From Chloroflexota bacterium (GTDB lineage Bacteria > Chloroflexota > Dehalococcoidia > JACQTR01), in the NCBI GenBank assembly GCA_016210705.1, contig JACQTR010000183.1:1-36092 (forward strand): a DNA stretch of 36,092 nt, read 5' to 3'. The notes under the pieces were generated by a model. That model was not told the DNA's origin and did no database searches. It was given only the letters and a program-made list of their open reading frames with translations. The position numbers and the translations under genes were made by a program. Of the stretch, positions 33,134 through 36,092 are shown in pieces; position 1 is the first letter of the stretch, and every line of letters starts with the position of its first letter.

Positions 33134-34642
33134 TTAGGGGAGAGCGGTGCCCAGAGGTACTAGCAGGCGTTGACCACTGACAAGAGTCCTATCCTGCAAG
33201 CTATTCAATTCTACTATCATCTCCACGGTAGTGCCGTAATAGCTGGCGATTCCAGTCAGGGTATCCCCAGTCGCCACTACGTGAAGGGTCATGGGTTGGC
33301 TAGGCACATTTAGCTGTCGATAAGCGAGGATCGTATTCTTGTCCTCCAGCTTGTTCAACATAAGCAATACATCAATTGTGGTACCCAAGCGCCTGGCGAT
33401 GGAAAAAAGAGTATCGCCAGGCGCAACAGTATAGCTCATCACCCAAGTAGTTGGCGAAGGCTTTGGACTGGCAGTCGGAGTTGTCGTAGGAAGAGGTGTC
33501 GGAGACGCCAAGCCAATCGGCCCAACTTTTATATAGCTAACTATTATCCACCCCACCAGGCCCCCATCATCCCTGACCTGCCACCAAAAAAGTCCATCTT
33601 TTTGCGCCTCTTCTCCCATCACCCAAAGGGCAGCACCCTCTGGCAGAACCCGCAAAATGGCAGAGGTAAGACCGGGAGTCTCCCGAAAATTCAAGCCCGC
33701 GTCCCCAGTGCCGCTCACAGTCGCCAATACCAGGTCTTTAGGCCGAGCAAAGATCGGGGTAGAGGTCGCCGTAGGAACCCAGGCTGTCGTTGGCATGGGA
33801 GTTAAAATGCTGGCAGGTTTGGAATGTGCCCCAGAAACAATGCCCGGAGCCTTGGAGAAAAAGGATATGTCAGGCAATCTTATCTCACCTAGAGGCAGAA
33901 CAGAGATTCCCCATAAGGGAATGAACAAAAAGAGACTGGAATTTAGCAAGCCGTGGGCGAGGGTCGTCCCCAGAATGGAGCCAGTTAGCCTCACAATCCA
34001 GGCAAAAAAGAGGCCAACGGCGAATACGAAAGCTAGCTCTACTACGCTGTAATAGCCCATGTGAAGAAGGCCGAAAAGCGCCGACACGTAAATTAGACCC
34101 CAACCCTGCATCCGCTCCAGGGCAGCCTTTTGCAACACCCCCCGAAAGACCAACTCCTCGGTAAAACCGGTGCCCACTATTATGATAATAGTTGGCAGCC
34201 AAAGGGCGCTGAAGCTGAAGGTATCGGCTAAGGGCTCAGGCTTCAAAATGAGGTACTCCACCGCCCCCAGAGGCAGCCCTATCAGCCCCACCACTACCTG
34301 TAAGGGCAGCCCACGCAGGGTAAGGCCCACATCCCGTCGAGAATAACCCACAAGCCGAACGCAGATGAAGGTGGCTATCAACAGGGGCACAGCGATTATG
34401 GCATACCAGTAGAGGATGAGTATGCTCCCCAGTGGCATAGAAAGGCTGAGAATACGAATCAAAGGAGCCAAGGAAAGACCCAGGTATAACTTGTGGACGG
34501 GAGGATCGCTGACGAGGGAAGCATGGGCCACTAAAGTCAGCAGAAGAAGGGCATGAAAAACGACCCCAGCCAGCGGACTGGCTAAGGTGGTAACCGCCTC
34601 CGCACCACCGATGGCGATAAGATAGAGAAGGAGTACTCTCAC
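33134..34642 (-). CDS. CPBP-family intramembrane glutamic endopeptidase fused to an SH3b domain and two LysM domains
   Basis: CPBP motifs EELVFRG, FGLLH and HGLLN in a multi-TM N-terminal half. An SH3b-like segment follows (GLNFRETPGLTSAILRVLPEGAALWV...WWQV...GWI). Two LysM repeats close the protein (YTVAPGDTLFSIARRLGTT..., HVVATGDTLTGIASYYGTT...). GTG 34642 overlaps the upstream stop (GTGA), with AAGGAGGG just upstream. Confidence 0.85.
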   Translation of the reverse strand: MRVLLLYLIAIGGAEAVTTLASPLAGVVFHALLLLTLVAHASLVSDPPVHKLYLGLSLAPLIRILSLSMPLGSILILYWYAIIAVPLLIATFICVRLVGYSRRDVGLTLRGLPLQVVVGLIGLPLGAVEYLILKPEPLADTFSFSALWLPTIIIIVGTGFTEELVFRGVLQKAALERMQGWGLIYVSALFGLLHMGYYSVVELAFVFAVGLFFAWIVRLTGSILGTTLAHGLLNSSLFLFIPLWGISVLPLGEIRLPDISFFSKAPGIVSGAHSKPASILTPMPTTAWVPTATSTPIFARPKDLVLATVSGTGDAGLNFRETPGLTSAILRVLPEGAALWVMGEEAQKDGLFWWQVRDDGGLVGWIIVSYIKVGPIGLASPTPLPTTTPTASPKPSPTTWVMSYTVAPGDTLFSIARRLGTTIDVLLMLNKLEDKNTILAYRQLNVPSQPMTLHVVATGDTLTGIASYYGTTVEMIVELNSLQDRTLVSGQRLLVPLGTALP

Positions 34643-35328
34643 AACCCTCCTTTGACATCCACCCAAAGGTACAAGGATCGATAGGCCTCGCTGACCCCCT
34701 CTTTATACAGCAGAAACTCCGCTAGCTGTGCCCGCCCCGCCTTGATAGCCTGAAAGCCGATTTCCCCCTCCCACCTCTGCCCATCATCCAAATTTATATG
34801 GCCTATGTCCTTCGTCTTTTCCCCATTGATAGTTATCTCTATACGGTAAACCACAGGCTCCCCTTCCTCATTCACTATACCTAGCTCCACTTTGGCCTCA
34901 TCTCCTAAAGTGATCTCCTGAGGATAGCCCTCTGCTTTCCCATCAAGGCCCAACATATAGAACTCGGTGAACCTCTCGCCGGCCTTAGGCTTAGCAATGA
35001 CATAGGTCAGACTTCCCAACGTCCCCAAAATGGCCAGAGCCAGGATGATGGCCAGCATCCTTCTCCAGACGCTTTGATACCTCCAGCTCAGGAGCAGGCT
35101 AAAGGGAGTCAACTGCCGCCCAGGCTCACGGCGAATAACGGGGAGCGATCTCCAGCGCCGAAGGAAGACAATAACCACCATCGCCAAGATGATGAAGACC
35201 CCCAACAACGAAACAAAAAATAGCCCTACGCCCCCAGGGGTGGAATTAGGTACTAGCCCAATTAAAGATACCCAAGCGAGACTCAGGCTACGGCTTAAAG
35301 CTAAACCAAAGACTGTCCTAATTATCAA
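34639..35328 (-). CDS. DUF1616-like membrane protein (TM segments plus a beta-sandwich-like ectodomain)
   Basis: Three hydrophobic segments, then FTEFYMLGLDGKAEGYPQEITLGDEAKVELGIVNEEGEPVVYRIEI, which matches my recollection of the archaeal DUF1616 core. The TTG start overlaps the upstream stop (TTGA). Confidence 0.6.
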   Translation of the reverse strand: MIIRTVFGLALSRSLSLAWVSLIGLVPNSTPGGVGLFFVSLLGVFIILAMVVIVFLRRWRSLPVIRREPGRQLTPFSLLLSWRYQSVWRRMLAIILALAILGTLGSLTYVIAKPKAGERFTEFYMLGLDGKAEGYPQEITLGDEAKVELGIVNEEGEPVVYRIEITINGEKTKDIGHINLDDGQRWEGEIGFQAIKAGRAQLAEFLLYKEGVSEAYRSLYLWVDVKGGL

Positions 35329-35864
35329 GCTATTTTCTCTGCCAATTCAACTCGTCCTTTTTTCATGAAGCAAACAACCTTTTGTCGCCTGACTAGGTTA
35401 AACAGAAAATGAGCCAAAATAGTCGCCCCCACTAGCTCGGGGATATAATCATGTGGGTTATTGAACAGGCTATGAATCAAGTGCCCCAGCCAGTTGGTGA
35501 TGTCGCCCCTGGGAAAGACCCAGCCGTAGAGGGGCCAGAGAATGGTTCTAGGACTGGACCACATCTCATCAAAAATAAGATGCATGATCGAGCCATAGGC
35601 CAGAACCAGCCCCCACGTTTTGTTCACTTTCCAAAATAAATAAACTCCTACCGCCAGCAAAACGAAAATGAAAATAAGGGTATGACCGAATATCCTACCG
35701 TTGCTGAACATATTGGCGAAGATAATCATACCCAAAGGTTTATCAATGATATCAGGCAGAAGGGAACCCAGAAGCACCATCCGATAGTCAATTGGCCCTA
35801 ACCTTAGGACTTTAAAGATTTCTACGATGCCAAGGGTAATCCCTGTATGGCCAAAGAAGAGCAT
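35325..35864 (-). CDS. Membrane-bound metal-dependent hydrolase-like protein (DUF457/YdjM family)
   Basis: MLFFGHTGITLG, LLPDIIDKPLG, and several TM segments with conserved His/Asp placement. GAAGGTG SD upstream. Confidence 0.65.
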   Translation of the reverse strand: MLFFGHTGITLGIVEIFKVLRLGPIDYRMVLLGSLLPDIIDKPLGMIIFANMFSNGRIFGHTLIFIFVLLAVGVYLFWKVNKTWGLVLAYGSIMHLIFDEMWSSPRTILWPLYGWVFPRGDITNWLGHLIHSLFNNPHDYIPELVGATILAHFLFNLVRRQKVVCFMKKGRVELAEKIA

Positions 35865-35902
35865 AACACCTTCCCATAATTCTATTGGCTATACTGAGCA
35901 AG

Positions 35903-35931
35903 ATTCTATCATTTGTCCACGCCCGTGGCAA
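35903..35931 (-). promoter_or_regulatory. sigma70-type promoter candidate, TTGCCA - 17 nt - TGaTAGAAT, for the hydrolase/DUF1616/CPBP operon
   Basis: On the minus strand, -35 is at 35931..35926 and -10 TAGAAT at 35908..35903, with an extended TG. The -10 ends about 38 nt upstream of the ATG at 35864. Confidence 0.35.
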
Positions 35932-36092
35932 ACGCAAAACCAGGACAACCAACGCTGGTGCAGGCAGCTGTGCGAGGCCTGAAGGTAGCCTTAGCTAATG
36001 GTTGCTGGCGTTTGACGTATACTACAAGCCCATACACACGTTTGAGGTATTTTGGACTAAGCTATTGACAGACGTCATGTAGCGATATATGC

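Noticed and set aside
36065-36092. TTGACA at 36065..36070 followed by an AT-rich TATAT stretch, as a + strand promoter reading out of the window.
   Set aside because: The -10 candidate has poor spacing or consensus and the window ends before any downstream gene, so it cannot be evaluated.
1-36092. A search for CRISPR arrays, tRNA/rRNA genes, riboswitch-like leaders and tandem repeats.
   Set aside because: No regularly spaced direct repeats, cloverleaf-compatible segments or long structured leaders were seen by eye. Intergenic space is minimal apart from 976..1328, 13605..13713, 32573..32822 and 35865..36092, all of which are discussed above.

Overview
Nearly the whole window is one cell-envelope glycan biosynthesis locus, built as two convergent operons that meet at 8230/8235. 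The + strand operon (about 1165 to 8230) encodes an SDR epimerase/dehydratase, a radical SAM enzyme, a DegT-type aminotransferase, a Wzx-type flippase, two class I methyltransferases and a GT2. The co-directional - strand array (about 24 kb, 32572 down to 8235) has many 4-nt start/stop overlaps. It encodes a geranylgeranyl-reductase (GGR)-family flavoprotein, a complete GDP-D-glycero-alpha-D-manno-heptose pathway (HddA, GmhA, HddC-GmhB fusion), GalE, two GT2s, a B12-binding radical SAM enzyme, two methyltransferases and four GT4s, one fused to a thymidylate-kinase-like domain. It also encodes an NTP_transf_5-like protein, a small RHH-like protein, cysD-cysN followed by two alkaline-phosphatase/NPP-fold proteins, two unknown proteins with their own strong promoter, and a 743-aa GT-C-like membrane protein. 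The left edge carries a partial O-antigen-ligase-like gene. The right end carries a strongly signalled 82-aa membrane protein and an envelope operon (DUF457-like hydrolase, DUF1616-like protein, CPBP protease fused to SH3b and two LysM domains). I saw no rRNA, tRNA, CRISPR array, transposase or integrase. sigma70-like -35/-10 boxes, GGAGG Shine-Dalgarno sites and LysM/SH3b domains indicate a bacterium. Several families (DUF1616, DUF2206-like, GGR, DPM1-like GT2) are archaeal-flavoured, but the lineage cannot be fixed from sequence alone. The strongest findings are: (1) the locus is bracketed by an inverted, diverged duplication of the GGR promoter plus 5' coding end, including a 31-nt near-identical box with a 14-bp palindrome; (2) the left GGR copy is a 55-codon remnant coupled by GTGA to the first gene of the + operon; (3) a cysD-cysN-AlkP-AlkP module has no APS kinase or recognisable sulfotransferase in the window; (4) an independently promoted pair of unknown proteins (251 aa and 67 aa) sits inside the glycan operon. 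All function calls rest on motif recognition by eye; no database search was run.
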